64,000 nt of DNA from Nitrospirota bacterium. GTDB lineage: Bacteria > Nitrospirota > Thermodesulfovibrionia > Thermodesulfovibrionales > JdFR-86. The notes under the pieces are model-generated. The model saw only the letters and a list, made by a program, of their open reading frames with translations. It ran no database searches and had not been told where the DNA came from. Shown in pieces: positions 48,340-58,075 of this stretch. How positions within the stretch are numbered: position 1 is the stretch's first letter; each line of letters starts with the position of its first letter. The translations under genes and the position numbers were made by a program. The DNA lies in assembly GCA_963721805.1 (NCBI GenBank), contig CAVRJY010000002.1, positions 416,001 through 480,000 of the forward strand, read 5' to 3'.

Positions 48340-49783
48340 TGAAGTCGAAGCCCGGATAGTTGATCCGCTTGTGCAGCATTCCGGTCAGGACGTGCGTGAA
48401 GCGGGCCTTGATCTGGTATATGTCCTTGAGCGTGAGCTCGCACTCGTCGAGCTGCCCGGCGAGGAAGATGTGGTTTACGATCTTGTCCACGAGGGCCTCG
48501 ATGCGCGCCGGAGTGGGCTCGTTGAGCACGCGCGATGCGGCCTCGACCGCGTCGGCGATCATGATGAGCGCGGCGGTGCGGCTCTGGGGGCGAGGGCCGG
48601 GGTAGCGGTATTCCTCCTCGTTGGGGCCGGAGGCCGAGCCGTCGTTGATCCCCTTGGCCTTCTCAAAGAAGTACGTTATGAGCGCGGTGCCGTGGTGCTG
48701 CTCGATCACGTCCTTGATGACCTCGGGGAGCTTGTGCTCGATGGCGAGCTCGACGCCCTCCTTGACGTGCGATATCAGGATCATGCCGGACATGTGCGGG
48801 CTCAGGCGGTCGTGGCGGCTCACGCCCGTGGGCGAGTTCTCGATGAAGTACTCCGGCATGCGCATCTTGCCGATGTCGTGGTAGTAGGCCCCGACGCGCG
48901 CCAGCAGCGGATTGACGCCGATGTCCTCGGCCACGGACTCCACGAGGTTGCCCACTATGATGCTGTGGTGGTAGGTGCCCGGGGCGGAGATCATCAGGTT
49001 CTTCATCAGCGGCTGGTCGAGGTCTAGGAGCTCCAGCAGGCTGATGTCGGTCGTGACCTTGAAGGCATACTCCAGCAGCGGCAGCAGTATCGAGACCATC
49101 GCCATGGCTATGATCGCGCCTGCCGCGGCGTACGCGAACGAGGGCAGCGACTCGGCCCCGGTGATGTCGCCGGAATACAGCAGCAGCCCGGCCGTCATCG
49201 CCAGGTTGGCGACGAGCAGCCAGAAGCCGCCGCGGATTATCGCTGTGCGCTTCTTGCAGCGTATGATGCTGAACGAGGCGGTCAGGCTCCCGACGAAGAC
49301 GTAGACCGAGACTACGGGGTCGCCGAGCCATATGCCGGTCAGGAGGCTCACGATGAAGGAGAACATGATCGAGGTGTGGAAGTCGAACAGCAGCGTGACG
49401 AGCATCGCGCCGGCCGGGATCGGCATGCCGAACATCGCGGGGTGGCCGGTAGCGATGCCGAACCCGCGCGAGAGGGCCTCGAGCGTGAAGTCCCCGAGCC
49501 GCCCGAGCCAGAGCGTCCCGGCCACCATCGCCCCGAGGAGCACCATCATGCGGTAGCGCGACAGGAACTGCGGCTTGTACCGGAGGATGTCGCGGTAGAG
49601 CACGGCAAGCAGGATGGTCGAGAGCACGAAGCCCCCGGCGAGCTCTTGCGGGCTCCACGCGTGCGCGATCAGGGCCGAGCACAGCGCTCCGGCCGCGGCC
49701 GGAAGCGCATAGAGCTTCAGGTCGACGGACTTGAAGCTGAGCTTATCCCTTGTCTGTTTCCGGCTCTCTTTTGTAATGCTCAT
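48263..49783 (-). CDS. 7TM-HDIG phosphohydrolase (PgpH-like)
   Basis: Multiple TMs then APGTYHHS, YYHDIGK, EQHHGT, ADAVEAA. Confidence 0.9.
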   Translation of the reverse strand: MSITKESRKQTRDKLSFKSVDLKLYALPAAAGALCSALIAHAWSPQELAGGFVLSTILLAVLYRDILRYKPQFLSRYRMMVLLGAMVAGTLWLGRLGDFTLEALSRGFGIATGHPAMFGMPIPAGAMLVTLLFDFHTSIMFSFIVSLLTGIWLGDPVVSVYVFVGSLTASFSIIRCKKRTAIIRGGFWLLVANLAMTAGLLLYSGDITGAESLPSFAYAAAGAIIAMAMVSILLPLLEYAFKVTTDISLLELLDLDQPLMKNLMISAPGTYHHSIIVGNLVESVAEDIGVNPLLARVGAYYHDIGKMRMPEYFIENSPTGVSRHDRLSPHMSGMILISHVKEGVELAIEHKLPEVIKDVIEQHHGTALITYFFEKAKGINDGSASGPNEEEYRYPGPRPQSRTAALIMIADAVEAASRVLNEPTPARIEALVDKIVNHIFLAGQLDECELTLKDIYQIKARFTHVLTGMLHKRINYPGFDFNGEDGGGGNGDGKGPQQPKEEKAFA

Positions 49784-50726
49784 ATGCCCTCACGATGCGC
49801 TGCACGAGCTTGTGCCGCACAACGTCGTGCTCGTCAAAGTGTATGAATTTGATCCCCTCCACGCTGCCGAGGACCTTCTGCGCCTCGATGAGCCCGGAGA
49901 CCTGCCCGCGCGGCAGGTCGATCTGGGTCGTGTCGCCCGTGATCACGGTCCGGGAGTTAAACCCGAGCCGCGTGAGGTACATCTTCATCTGCTCGGAGGT
50001 GGTGTTCTGCGCCTCGTCCAGGATTATAAACGAATCGTTGAGCGTGCGGCCGCGCATGAAGGCAAGCGGGGCTATCTCGATGACGCCGCGCTCTATCAGG
50101 CTTGTTGCCTTCTCGAGCTCGATCATGTCAAATAGCGCATCATAGAGCGGCCGGAGGTACGGCATGATCTTCTCCGAGAGGTCCCCGGGCAGGTAGCCGA
50201 GCTTCTCTCCGGCCTCGACCGCCGGGCGCGCGAGCACCACGCGGCTCACCTGCTTTGAGAGCAGCGCGTTAACGGCCATCGCCATCGCGAGGTAGGTCTT
50301 GCCGGTGCCGGCCGGGCCGATCCCTATCACCATGTCGTGCGTGCGGATGGCCTCGATGTACTCGACCTGGTTTTTGGTCTTGGGTATGACCGCGGACTTG
50401 CGGGGCGAGACGGGTATGCTGTGGGCGAAGAGCTTCGAGAAGGAGGTGCCTTCAGCGCCCTCGGCGCCCTCGGCGTAAATTCTGAGCGCGTTTCTGACCT
50501 CGTCTCGCTTTATGCGGTGGCCTTCGCGGTTCAGGACTCGCAGCTCCTCGAACAGGGTTATGGCGCTGTCGACGGCGGGCTGCTCGCCCTGCAATATAAT
50601 GCGGTCCCCCCGGACGCTGATGCGGACGCCGAGGGTCTTCTCTATAAGCCCGTAGCTCGCGGGGACTTCGCCCGAGATCAGTGCGCGTTCGCTCTCGGCG
50701 TCGAGCTCTATGTTGGTGGTTACCGT
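49743..50726 (-). CDS. phoH: PhoH family ATPase; frame open upstream of TTG 50594, probable start ACG at 50726
   Basis: GPAGTGKT, RPAVEAGE, MRGRTL, DEAQN, VVRH; in the phoH-HD-ybeY cluster. Confidence 0.9.
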   Translation of the reverse strand, partial: TVTTNIELDAESERALISGEVPASYGLIEKTLGVRISVRGDRIILQGEQPAVDSAITLFEELRVLNREGHRIKRDEVRNALRIYAEGAEGAEGTSFSKLFAHSIPVSPRKSAVIPKTKNQVEYIEAIRTHDMVIGIGPAGTGKTYLAMAMAVNALLSKQVSRVVLARPAVEAGEKLGYLPGDLSEKIMPYLRPLYDALFDMIELEKATSLIERGVIEIAPLAFMRGRTLNDSFIILDEAQNTTSEQMKMYLTRLGFNSRTVITGDTTQIDLPRGQVSGLIEAQKVLGSVEGIKFIHFDEHDVVRHKLVQRIVRAYEHYKREPETDKG

Positions 50727-50737
50727 GGGCGGTCCCC

Positions 50738-51436
50738 TCAGTCGACCTTCGCCACGAAGCCCTTCAGGCCCATGTCCTTGCTGATCTTCGCGTACAGCGC
50801 GTCGGCTTCTTTCTTGTCCTTGAAATACCCGAGCCGCAGCTTGTACGGAGCGGCGTCGGCCCTGGTCTGAGACTTCGTGACCGTCGCGGTATAGCCCTTC
50901 GCGGCGAGTTTTTTCTTGAGCGCATCGGCCTCGGCCTGCGCCTTGAACGCGCCCACCTGAACGGCGTACAGGGATGCAGGCTTAAACGGAGGAGCTGCGG
51001 TTGGCTTCGCAGCGGCTGAGGCCGCCGTCTTTTGCGCAGCGGGCTTCTGGGGCTGCTGCTGCGGCAGAGGCTTTGCGGGTTTCTCAACCGGCATCGCGGA
51101 GGACTTGGGCTTCATCGGAGGCGTCGAGGCCGGATGCGCATCGGCCGGGGGCATGGCGTCGAACCCCCCGCCAGTGTCGCCGGGTTTGGCATCGTCCTGC
51201 GGGACGGCCCTTGAGGGCTGCTGCGGCTGCTGGATCGGCGCGATCGGTTCCTGGATCGGCAGGGGTTCGATCTTAGACTGCTGAGACGGCATCAGGCCCT
51301 CGCGCCCGGCCGTGCCGCCCACGAAATACCCGAGGCTGAAGCTCACGGCCGAGACAACCACGACTACGATGATAGCGAGCCACCGCTCGCCGAGCGGTCC
51401 GCCTCCCTGTGCCTTCTTCTTATTCCTGTCGATCAT
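50738..51436 (-). CDS. SPOR domain cell-division protein
   Basis: N-terminal TM, Pro/Gln/Ala-rich linker, YAVQVGAFK SPOR domain. Confidence 0.88.
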   Translation of the reverse strand: MIDRNKKKAQGGGPLGERWLAIIVVVVVSAVSFSLGYFVGGTAGREGLMPSQQSKIEPLPIQEPIAPIQQPQQPSRAVPQDDAKPGDTGGGFDAMPPADAHPASTPPMKPKSSAMPVEKPAKPLPQQQPQKPAAQKTAASAAAKPTAAPPFKPASLYAVQVGAFKAQAEADALKKKLAAKGYTATVTKSQTRADAAPYKLRLGYFKDKKEADALYAKISKDMGLKGFVAKVD

Positions 51437-51450
51437 GGCAATAACATATA

Positions 51451-52455
51451 TTATAACACTAGCATCGATTCGCCATATGAAAAGAATTTGTAGCCCTGAG
51501 CGATCGCCTCGGCGTATGCGGCCATCAGCGGCCCGCGCCCGGCGAACGCGGCCGCGAGCACAAGCGGGGTCGAGCGCGGCAGGTGGAAGTTCGTGATGAG
51601 GGCGTCGACCGCGCGGAACTCATGGCCCGGCCGGATGAAAATGTCCGTTTCGCCCCGGATCATCCCGTCGCGTGCCTGAAGCTCGCCATGCCGGCCGTTT
51701 AAGAGCGCCTCCAGCGTTCGCGTGCAGGTCGTCCCGACCGAAAACAGCCTTCCTCTGCGCCCGGCGATCTCATCCATCAGCGCCTCGGGGACCTCGAACC
51801 GCTCTGAGTCCATCCGGTGGTCCTTGAGCTCTTCGGCCCTGATAGGCGCGAAGGTGCCCCTGCCCACATGAAGCGTGATATATCGGACGCTTACTCCCTT
51901 TGCCTTGATCTCGTCGATCAGCTCGGGGGTGAAGTGCAGCCCCGCGGTCGGCGCGGCTATGGAGCCCTCGACCTCAGCATATACTGTCTGGTAGCGCAGC
52001 TTGTCGCGCTCGTCAGGCTCACGCTTGATATAGGGCGGAAGCGGCATGCGCCCGTTGCGCCAAAGCAAAGCGCCCAGGTCGCCCTCGTAGCTGAGTTCGG
52101 CCCTTCGGCCGTCTTTCATCACAGCCCTGATGCCGCCCGGGAACTCCAGCGGCCCGGTGTATCCGCCGCGCGAGAGCACCTCCCAGGTGTCGCCCTCTAT
52201 GGCGCGCACGAGCAGCACGTCGAGGGTCGAGCCGTCAGGGCGCGTGCCCAGCAAGTTGACGGGCATGACCTTCGTTCGGTTGAGGATGAGCATGTCGCCG
52301 GGGCTCATGTATTGGGGAAGGTCGCTGAACCTTTGGTGGGATATCTTGCCGGTAGCGCGTTGGAGCGTCAGCATGCGCGCCTGATCGCGCACCGCCGCGG
52401 GCTCGAGCGCTATCGCGCCATCCGGGAGTGGGAAGTCCAGCTCGCTAGCCAGCAT
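51451..52455 (-). CDS. queA: SAM:tRNA ribosyltransferase-isomerase
   Basis: PLPPYIKR, YQTVYA, AAPTAGLHFT, TNFHLPRST, FFSYG. Confidence 0.97.
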   Translation of the reverse strand: MLASELDFPLPDGAIALEPAAVRDQARMLTLQRATGKISHQRFSDLPQYMSPGDMLILNRTKVMPVNLLGTRPDGSTLDVLLVRAIEGDTWEVLSRGGYTGPLEFPGGIRAVMKDGRRAELSYEGDLGALLWRNGRMPLPPYIKREPDERDKLRYQTVYAEVEGSIAAPTAGLHFTPELIDEIKAKGVSVRYITLHVGRGTFAPIRAEELKDHRMDSERFEVPEALMDEIAGRRGRLFSVGTTCTRTLEALLNGRHGELQARDGMIRGETDIFIRPGHEFRAVDALITNFHLPRSTPLVLAAAFAGRGPLMAAYAEAIAQGYKFFSYGESMLVL

Positions 52456-53428
52456 GCCGCGTGAGCGTCGCCCCCGGATAGTAGTAGTTCAGGATGTCCT
52501 TGTAGCTCTTGCCGCCGGCCGCCATCTCCTCGGCGCACCACTGGCAGAGCCCGACGCCGTGGCCCCAGCCCTTGCCATCGAATATGCAGACGCCGCCCTC
52601 GATCTTGTAGGTGAAATCGGTGCTCGGCAGCCGCTTCCAGCCGATGATCCTGCGGAGGTCCTTGGTCTCGAAGACCTTGTTGCCGCCCGCGGAGCACATT
52701 TCGAGCTCCTTGACGCGGCCTGTGCAGGTCAGCGATACGGTCCTGATGTCCGTGATCCCCTTTACGCCGGTCAGCAGCGATATCTCGTCAAGCGGTATGC
52801 GCCTGACCCAGCTCTTGAGCGGCGATAGCGCGGAGGTAGAGACCACGGGCTTGAGGTAGGGGTAGTTCTTGCCGAATACTTCATCGGCGGACTCCGTCAT
52901 GCCCTCTGAGGTCGAGTGGTAGAGGGCCATGATAGGCAGGCCTTCGTAGGTCAGTATCTCTCCCTGCGTCTCCTGCACGGCGCGTTCGACGGTAGGGGTG
53001 CCGCTGTCGCCCCTGTATAGCTGGTGGAGCACGGAGGAGGTGATGTCATAGACCGCTCCGGGGTCCTCCTTCAGCTTCTGGTTCATGGCGTACGTGCGCG
53101 TGATGACGGCCTGCGCCTTGAGCGCGTTGATGTTCCAGTCCGGCCCGGCCTCGGAGCTTACGACCGCCTCGACGTATTTCTCGAACGGGACCTCGTCGAC
53201 GAGGTAAAGGCCGTTTTTGCCCTTGTAGATCACGATCTTGCCCATGTACTTGATGTCGTCTATCAGGAGGTCACCGTCCACCTTCTCGATGCGCGTGAGC
53301 TTCTCGCCCTTCTCGGGGGTGTTCGTAAACGCCCCGTCGAGGATCAGGACCCTGATTGAATCCTCGGCGGCCCATGCGCTGGCCGAGGTAATAAGCACGA
53401 GTGCGAGGGCGATGATGAGCCTTCTCAT
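52445..53428 (-). CDS. SpoIID/LytB domain lytic transglycosylase-like protein
   Basis: ALKAQAV..RTYA, GWGHGVGLCQW, ILNYYYPG; signal peptide. Confidence 0.9.
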   Translation of the reverse strand: MRRLIIALALVLITSASAWAAEDSIRVLILDGAFTNTPEKGEKLTRIEKVDGDLLIDDIKYMGKIVIYKGKNGLYLVDEVPFEKYVEAVVSSEAGPDWNINALKAQAVITRTYAMNQKLKEDPGAVYDITSSVLHQLYRGDSGTPTVERAVQETQGEILTYEGLPIMALYHSTSEGMTESADEVFGKNYPYLKPVVSTSALSPLKSWVRRIPLDEISLLTGVKGITDIRTVSLTCTGRVKELEMCSAGGNKVFETKDLRRIIGWKRLPSTDFTYKIEGGVCIFDGKGWGHGVGLCQWCAEEMAAGGKSYKDILNYYYPGATLTRHAG

Positions 53429-53658
53429 TTCATGAACCTCCCGATCATCCACATCACAAGCGTCAGCACCACGCTAAGGACGATGCTCGTCATCACCGGG
53501 AAGAAAAACGTGAATCCCGGCCTGTGTATAAGTATGTCTCCCGGAAGCTTCCCGGCATACTGGGTCTTCGCGCCGAGCATCATCAGGCCGCCGATCATCA
53601 TGATGGACGCCCCGATCACTACGAGCGCCCTGCCGATCTGGCCCATCTCGGCGCTCAT
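53425..53658 (-). CDS. DUF2905 family small membrane protein
   Basis: GKLPGDI...FFFPVMTSIVLSVVLT. Confidence 0.85.
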   Translation of the reverse strand: MSAEMGQIGRALVVIGASIMMIGGLMMLGAKTQYAGKLPGDILIHRPGFTFFFPVMTSIVLSVVLTLVMWMIGRFMK

Positions 53659-54200
53659 ACCGTAACGGCCCTGCTGCCGAGGCCGCGTTCCTCGTACGAG
53701 AGGATGCAGCCGCAGTGGCGCTGCCTGTAAAGCCCAAGCTCCCGAGACAGGGCCACGCCCGCGCGGTACATCGGCCTCCAGTCCTTGTAATAAAACTCGA
53801 CGCCATGCGTTTTGGCGGCCTCGCGTCCCGCGGTAACTATTAGTTCGTGCTTTTGGTATGGGCTCACGAGCAGGCTCGTCGTGAAAGCCTCGAAGCCGTC
53901 TTCGGCCGCGATCCTAGCGGTCTCGTCCAGCCGCATGCGGTAGCAGGCCTCACAGCGCAGGCCCTTGTGGGCCTCGATGGCCGAGAGAAACTCGGTCTCG
54001 CCATAATGATCAATATATCTCACATCGAGTCCCTCGCGCGTTGCGTGCTCCTTAAGCGTGCCCATCCTGCGGCTGTATTCGTCCTGCGGGTGGATGTTTG
54101 GGTTATACCAGAGGCCCACGAGTGTAATCCCCTGGGCACGCAACTCCCTGACGGGCATCAGCGAGCACGGCGCGCAGCAGATATGAAGCATTAGCCGCAT
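53655..54200 (-). CDS. queH: Epoxyqueuosine reductase QueH
   Basis: LHICCAPCS, YNPNIHP, RCEACY, YRQRHCGC; clustered with queA. Confidence 0.92.
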   Translation of the reverse strand: MRLMLHICCAPCSLMPVRELRAQGITLVGLWYNPNIHPQDEYSRRMGTLKEHATREGLDVRYIDHYGETEFLSAIEAHKGLRCEACYRMRLDETARIAAEDGFEAFTTSLLVSPYQKHELIVTAGREAAKTHGVEFYYKDWRPMYRAGVALSRELGLYRQRHCGCILSYEERGLGSRAVTV

Positions 54201-54223
54201 CTTTAATTATACCAAGACCGGGA

Positions 54224-55675
54224 CTATTTTTGCCTGTAGTCGCGCTCTATGGCCCTGAGGGCGAAAATGTACCTGGTCCCGTTGACTATCGCGCGCAGGA
54301 CCTCCTTAAACGGCGCCCGCACGCGGTTGACCCGCAGGGGGTTCGCGCTCCAGGCTATGCGGTATAGCCGCGCGAAATGGGCATAAAACCTCCCGAGCTT
54401 AAGGCGGGTCGGAAGGAGCGTGTGCATGCAGTCATAAAAAAGATACGGCTCCGGGCATATGAACCTCTCATGGGTTGAGTGCCAGAGCTCCGTGCCGGGT
54501 GAGGGCGAAAACACCGTGAATGTGATCTCGGCCGGCGTGACCTCGCGGATCGTGTGCTCCAGCGCGAGGAAGTCCTCGACCGTGAAGTCCGGGTTGACCA
54601 TGAAGCTTGCGTGAAGCGTGATCCCGAGGTCCCTCAGCGTCGCAATGGCCTTGCGGTTCGTCTCGACCGTGGTCTTTTTGTTGTATTCCTTGAGCCTGGC
54701 CTCGTCCATCGCCTCCAGGCCGACGTATACGATCCCGAGGCCGATCTCCTTCCAGAGCCTGAAGAGCTCGGGCCGCCGCACTATCGTATCCGCGCGCGCC
54801 CAGCTTACGTAGTTCTTCCTGATTCCGCGCTCCTTTATCAGCCGGGCGATCTCGGTCAGGCGGGCCTCGTTGAGAAACGTCTCGTCATCGACGAAGTAGA
54901 TGAAGTCCTCCTTGAGCGAGGCTATCTCGTCCACGACGTCCTCGGGCGTGCGCTCGACGTACTTGCGGCCCATCACGAAGTGCACGACGCAGAACGAGCA
55001 GTTGAACTTGCAGCCATACGACGTCCTGACGCTCGCCATCCGCGGGTACATCGTGGCTAAGGTCCTATCCGCTGGCGGCGCGGTCCAGACCGAGAAATAC
55101 TTCTCACGCCTGACGAGGTTCCTGCGTGCCCTGGGGATATCCGCAAGATCAGGGAAGGGCGGCGGCGGCGCGGCGGCCTTGGTCGAGAACTCCGGGTCGA
55201 GCGGCGAGAGCGCGGCCATCCCGTAATGCAGAGGCTCTCCGGCATGGGCCCGGCGGCATATCTCGCGCATCACAGTCGAGCCCTCGCCCCGGACGATCAC
55301 GTCTATGTGGCTGACTGCGTAATCCGACGGGTCAATCGTGGCGTGAATGCCGCCTACGACGACGCTCGCATCGGGCAGGACGTCCTTGGCAATAGCGGCC
55401 AGGACCTTGACCTCGGCCGAGTTGTTGCTGTAGCCGCCGATCCCGACTATGTGCGGATCAATGCTGCGGAGCGCTGAGCGGAAGGCCTCGTGCGGGGCGT
55501 CCTCGAGCGAGAGGTCGAGTATCGAGACCTCGTCCCCGTCCGGCACGCCGCCCGCGACCATCTCCAGATCCAGCGGCTCAAGGTGCAGGAAGCGGTTTAA
55601 GTGCCGCGTGATCGCTAGGTGCTGCGAGGGCTTGACTAGAAGCACGCGAAGAGGACTGTCTGTTTTATCTGGCAT
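54224..55675 (-). CDS. Cobalamin-binding radical SAM protein
   Basis: LEPL, VVGGIHAT, VRGEG B12-binding domain; GCKFNCSFC. Confidence 0.9.
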   Translation of the reverse strand: MPDKTDSPLRVLLVKPSQHLAITRHLNRFLHLEPLDLEMVAGGVPDGDEVSILDLSLEDAPHEAFRSALRSIDPHIVGIGGYSNNSAEVKVLAAIAKDVLPDASVVVGGIHATIDPSDYAVSHIDVIVRGEGSTVMREICRRAHAGEPLHYGMAALSPLDPEFSTKAAAPPPPFPDLADIPRARRNLVRREKYFSVWTAPPADRTLATMYPRMASVRTSYGCKFNCSFCVVHFVMGRKYVERTPEDVVDEIASLKEDFIYFVDDETFLNEARLTEIARLIKERGIRKNYVSWARADTIVRRPELFRLWKEIGLGIVYVGLEAMDEARLKEYNKKTTVETNRKAIATLRDLGITLHASFMVNPDFTVEDFLALEHTIREVTPAEITFTVFSPSPGTELWHSTHERFICPEPYLFYDCMHTLLPTRLKLGRFYAHFARLYRIAWSANPLRVNRVRAPFKEVLRAIVNGTRYIFALRAIERDYRQK

Positions 55676-55715
55676 CGGATATTCTAACTGATTCGCATGA
55701 GTTCAGGCGAGCGGG

Positions 55716-56264
55716 CTACTTGATCCGGTCTGCGGTAAGCAGGCTGTGCAGCGCCACGCCCTCGGACTCGACGTTCTGCCGGCCGTCCTGCTCGCAGCGG
55801 TCGAGCAGGACTATCGCCGCAAGCACCGCCAGCCCGTATCCGCGCGCGATGTTGATGGCCTTGATCGTCGAGCCTCCGGTAGTGAGCACGTCATCGACGA
55901 TCACGACCGCGTCTCCGGGCCTGACGTTGCCCTCGATCTGCAGGCCGCGGCCGTGCGGCTTCGGCTCCTTGCGTATCACGAACGCCTCTATCGGATCGCC
56001 ATTCAGGTATGAGGCATACGCCACCGAGGTCGATATCGGGTCCGCGCCCATCGTAAGGCCGCCCACGCCCCTGGGCCTGAGCCCGAGCGCCCTGATCTTG
56101 TCGTATACCAGATTGCCGATCAGGTACTGCCCGAGCGGCGAGAGTGTCGTGAGCCTGAGGTCAAAATACGTATTGCTCATCTTCCCGGACGAGAGCCGGA
56201 AGACCGGCTCCTCGCTTTTCAGAAACGAGTGCTCGCGGATGTATCCTATGAGCTTTTCGATCAT
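55716..56264 (-). CDS. pyrE: Orotate phosphoribosyltransferase
   Basis: FRLSSGK, GGLTMGADP, RKEPKPHG, VDDVLTTGGS. Confidence 0.95.
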   Translation of the reverse strand: MIEKLIGYIREHSFLKSEEPVFRLSSGKMSNTYFDLRLTTLSPLGQYLIGNLVYDKIRALGLRPRGVGGLTMGADPISTSVAYASYLNGDPIEAFVIRKEPKPHGRGLQIEGNVRPGDAVVIVDDVLTTGGSTIKAINIARGYGLAVLAAIVLLDRCEQDGRQNVESEGVALHSLLTADRIK

Positions 56265-56460
56265 ATCTTCCACGCCGGGATTGTAGCACATACCCGCCGT
56301 GTAATACTCACCCCATGTCCTGGATATCTTAATCCCGTTTGAATCCAGATCCCGATTTATGGCTGTAATTATTACAGCTGAGGCAGATGCTACTATATAG
56401 ATGTTACATACAGCCTTTCTTGTCCGATAAAAAAAGATGGAAATACAATGGTTTTTGCAT

Positions 56461-56476
56461 TGGCACAGTAGATGCA
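56461..56476 (+). promoter_or_regulatory. Sigma-54 promoter candidate
   Basis: TGGCAC-AGTAG-ATGCA with GG-N10-GC spacing; palindrome GCTGTAAT-T-ATTACAGC at 56362-56378 upstream. Confidence 0.65.
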
Positions 56477-56486
56477 TTATAAACCA

Positions 56487-56600
56487 CAGACAAGAATGTA
56501 CGAAACCCCGGGCGATGCATAAAAAGCCCGGTTCAGGGTTGTCTTAAAATGAGGAAGGAGACCCTCCCCCCATACAAGGGTCTCCTTCCTCACCCCCCAA
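56487..56600 (+). ncRNA. Candidate structured sRNA or 5' leader
   Basis: Follows the sigma-54 promoter; nested stems AGACAA/TTGTCT and CCGGGC/GCCCGG, then a perfect 16-bp stem with C-rich loop. Confidence 0.35.
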
Positions 56601-56728
56601 TCCCCCTCGGCCAGCTTACGCCGCAAGTTATCCCGCATCTCATCCCGCCGCTGGATTCTTACGCGGCCATGGACTATTATATAGATCGACAAATACGGGC
56701 GGCTCGCCGTCCATCCGAGGTGGGGCAT

Positions 56729-58075
56729 ATGGCATCGGCTTATAACGCATGGTTTCAGTGCATCAACGAGAAGTGCGGCCAGAAGTACAGCACCAGCGAT
56801 ATCATCTATAGCTGCCGCAAGTGCGGCTCGCTCCTGGAGGTCCGCCACGACATGGCCGCCCTCGCCCAAAAGAGCGGCGAGCAGTGGAAGAAGATCTTCG
56901 AAGACCGCTACAAGTCCACCCAGTGGCCTTACGGCTCCGGCGTCTGGGGCAAGAAGGAATGGATACTCCCGAACATCGACGACGACAACATCGTCTCGCT
57001 TTACGAGGGCGGGACTAATCTCTTCTGGGCCGAGCGCTACGGAAAGATGATCGGGATCGACAACCTCTGGCTCAAGCTCTGCGGAAACTCCCACAGCGGC
57101 TCGTTCAAGGATTTGGGGATGACCGTGCTCGTCTCTAACGTCAAGCAGATGATCCATGACGGCGCGCCGATCAAGGCAGTCGCCTGCGCCTCGACCGGGG
57201 ACACCTCGGCCGCGCTCGCGGTATACTGCGCAGCGGCGGGGATACAGTCGATAGTCCTCCTGCCCAAGGGAAGGATATCGGTGGCCCAGCTCGTGCAGCC
57301 TATAGCCAACGGCTCGCTCGTCATCGAGCTTGACACCGACTTCGACGGCTGCATGTCCGTGGTCAAGGAGATCTCCAAAGACCCGAACATCTACCTCGCC
57401 AACTCCATGAACTCCATCCGCATCGAGGGCCAGAAGACCGTAGGAATCGAAATCGTCCAGCAGTTCGACTGGGCCGTGCCGGACGTCATCATCATCCCCG
57501 GCGGCAACCTCGGCAACGTCTCGGCGCTCGGAAGCGGGCTGCTGATGCTTCGCGACCTCGGGATGATCACGAAGCTCCCGCGCATCGTCGTGGCGCAGGC
57601 TGAGCGCGCCAATCCGCTCTACCGCTCGTACATGAAAAACTTCGAGTCCTTCGAGCCGATAGTCGCCCAGAAGACCCTCGCAAGCGCGATCCAGATCGGC
57701 AACCCAGTAAGCATCGCAAAGGCGATCCGCACGCTTAAGCAGTTTCAGGGGATCGTCATGGACGCAACAGAGCAGGAGCTCGCTGATGCCGCTGCGCTTG
57801 GGGACCTGACCGGGATGTTCAACTGCCCGCACACGGGCGTGGCGCTCGCGGTGCTCCAAAAGCTGCTCAAGGCCGGGAAGATCGACCGCTCCGAGCACGT
57901 CGTCGTCATCTCGACCGCGCACGGGCTCAAGTTCACGGACTTCAAGGTCCGCTACCACGAGGGGACGCTGGACTTCCCCTGCAAGTATTCCAACAAACCA
58001 ATCGAGCTTCCGCCGACCGTCGACGCGGTCAAGGAAGCCCTCGACCACGCACTCAAGACAAGGAGAATCCTCTAG
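56729..58075 (+). CDS. thrC: Threonine synthase (plant-like type)
   Basis: [12 protein letters not shown]-lysine motif, [32 protein letters not shown]. Confidence 0.93.
   Translation: MASAYNAWFQCINEKCGQKYSTSDIIYSCRKCGSLLEVRHDMAALAQKSGEQWKKIFEDRYKSTQWPYGSGVWGKKEWILPNIDDDNIVSLYEGGTNLFWAERYGKMIGIDNLWLKLCGNSHSGSFKDLGMTVLVSNVKQMIHDGAPIKAVACASTGDTSAALAVYCAAAGIQSIVLLPKGRISVAQLVQPIANGSLVIELDTDFDGCMSVVKEISKDPNIYLANSMNSIRIEGQKTVGIEIVQQFDWAVPDVIIIPGGNLGNVSALGSGLLMLRDLGMITKLPRIVVAQAERANPLYRSYMKNFESFEPIVAQKTLASAIQIGNPVSIAKAIRTLKQFQGIVMDATEQELADAAALGDLTGMFNCPHTGVALAVLQKLLKAGKIDRSEHVVVISTAHGLKFTDFKVRYHEGTLDFPCKYSNKPIELPPTVDAVKEALDHALKTRRIL

Noticed and set aside
56480..56728. SAM-I riboswitch or Thr attenuator peptide upstream of thrC
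   Set aside because: No ATC..GAG P1 signature and no Thr/Ile-rich short ORF seen.
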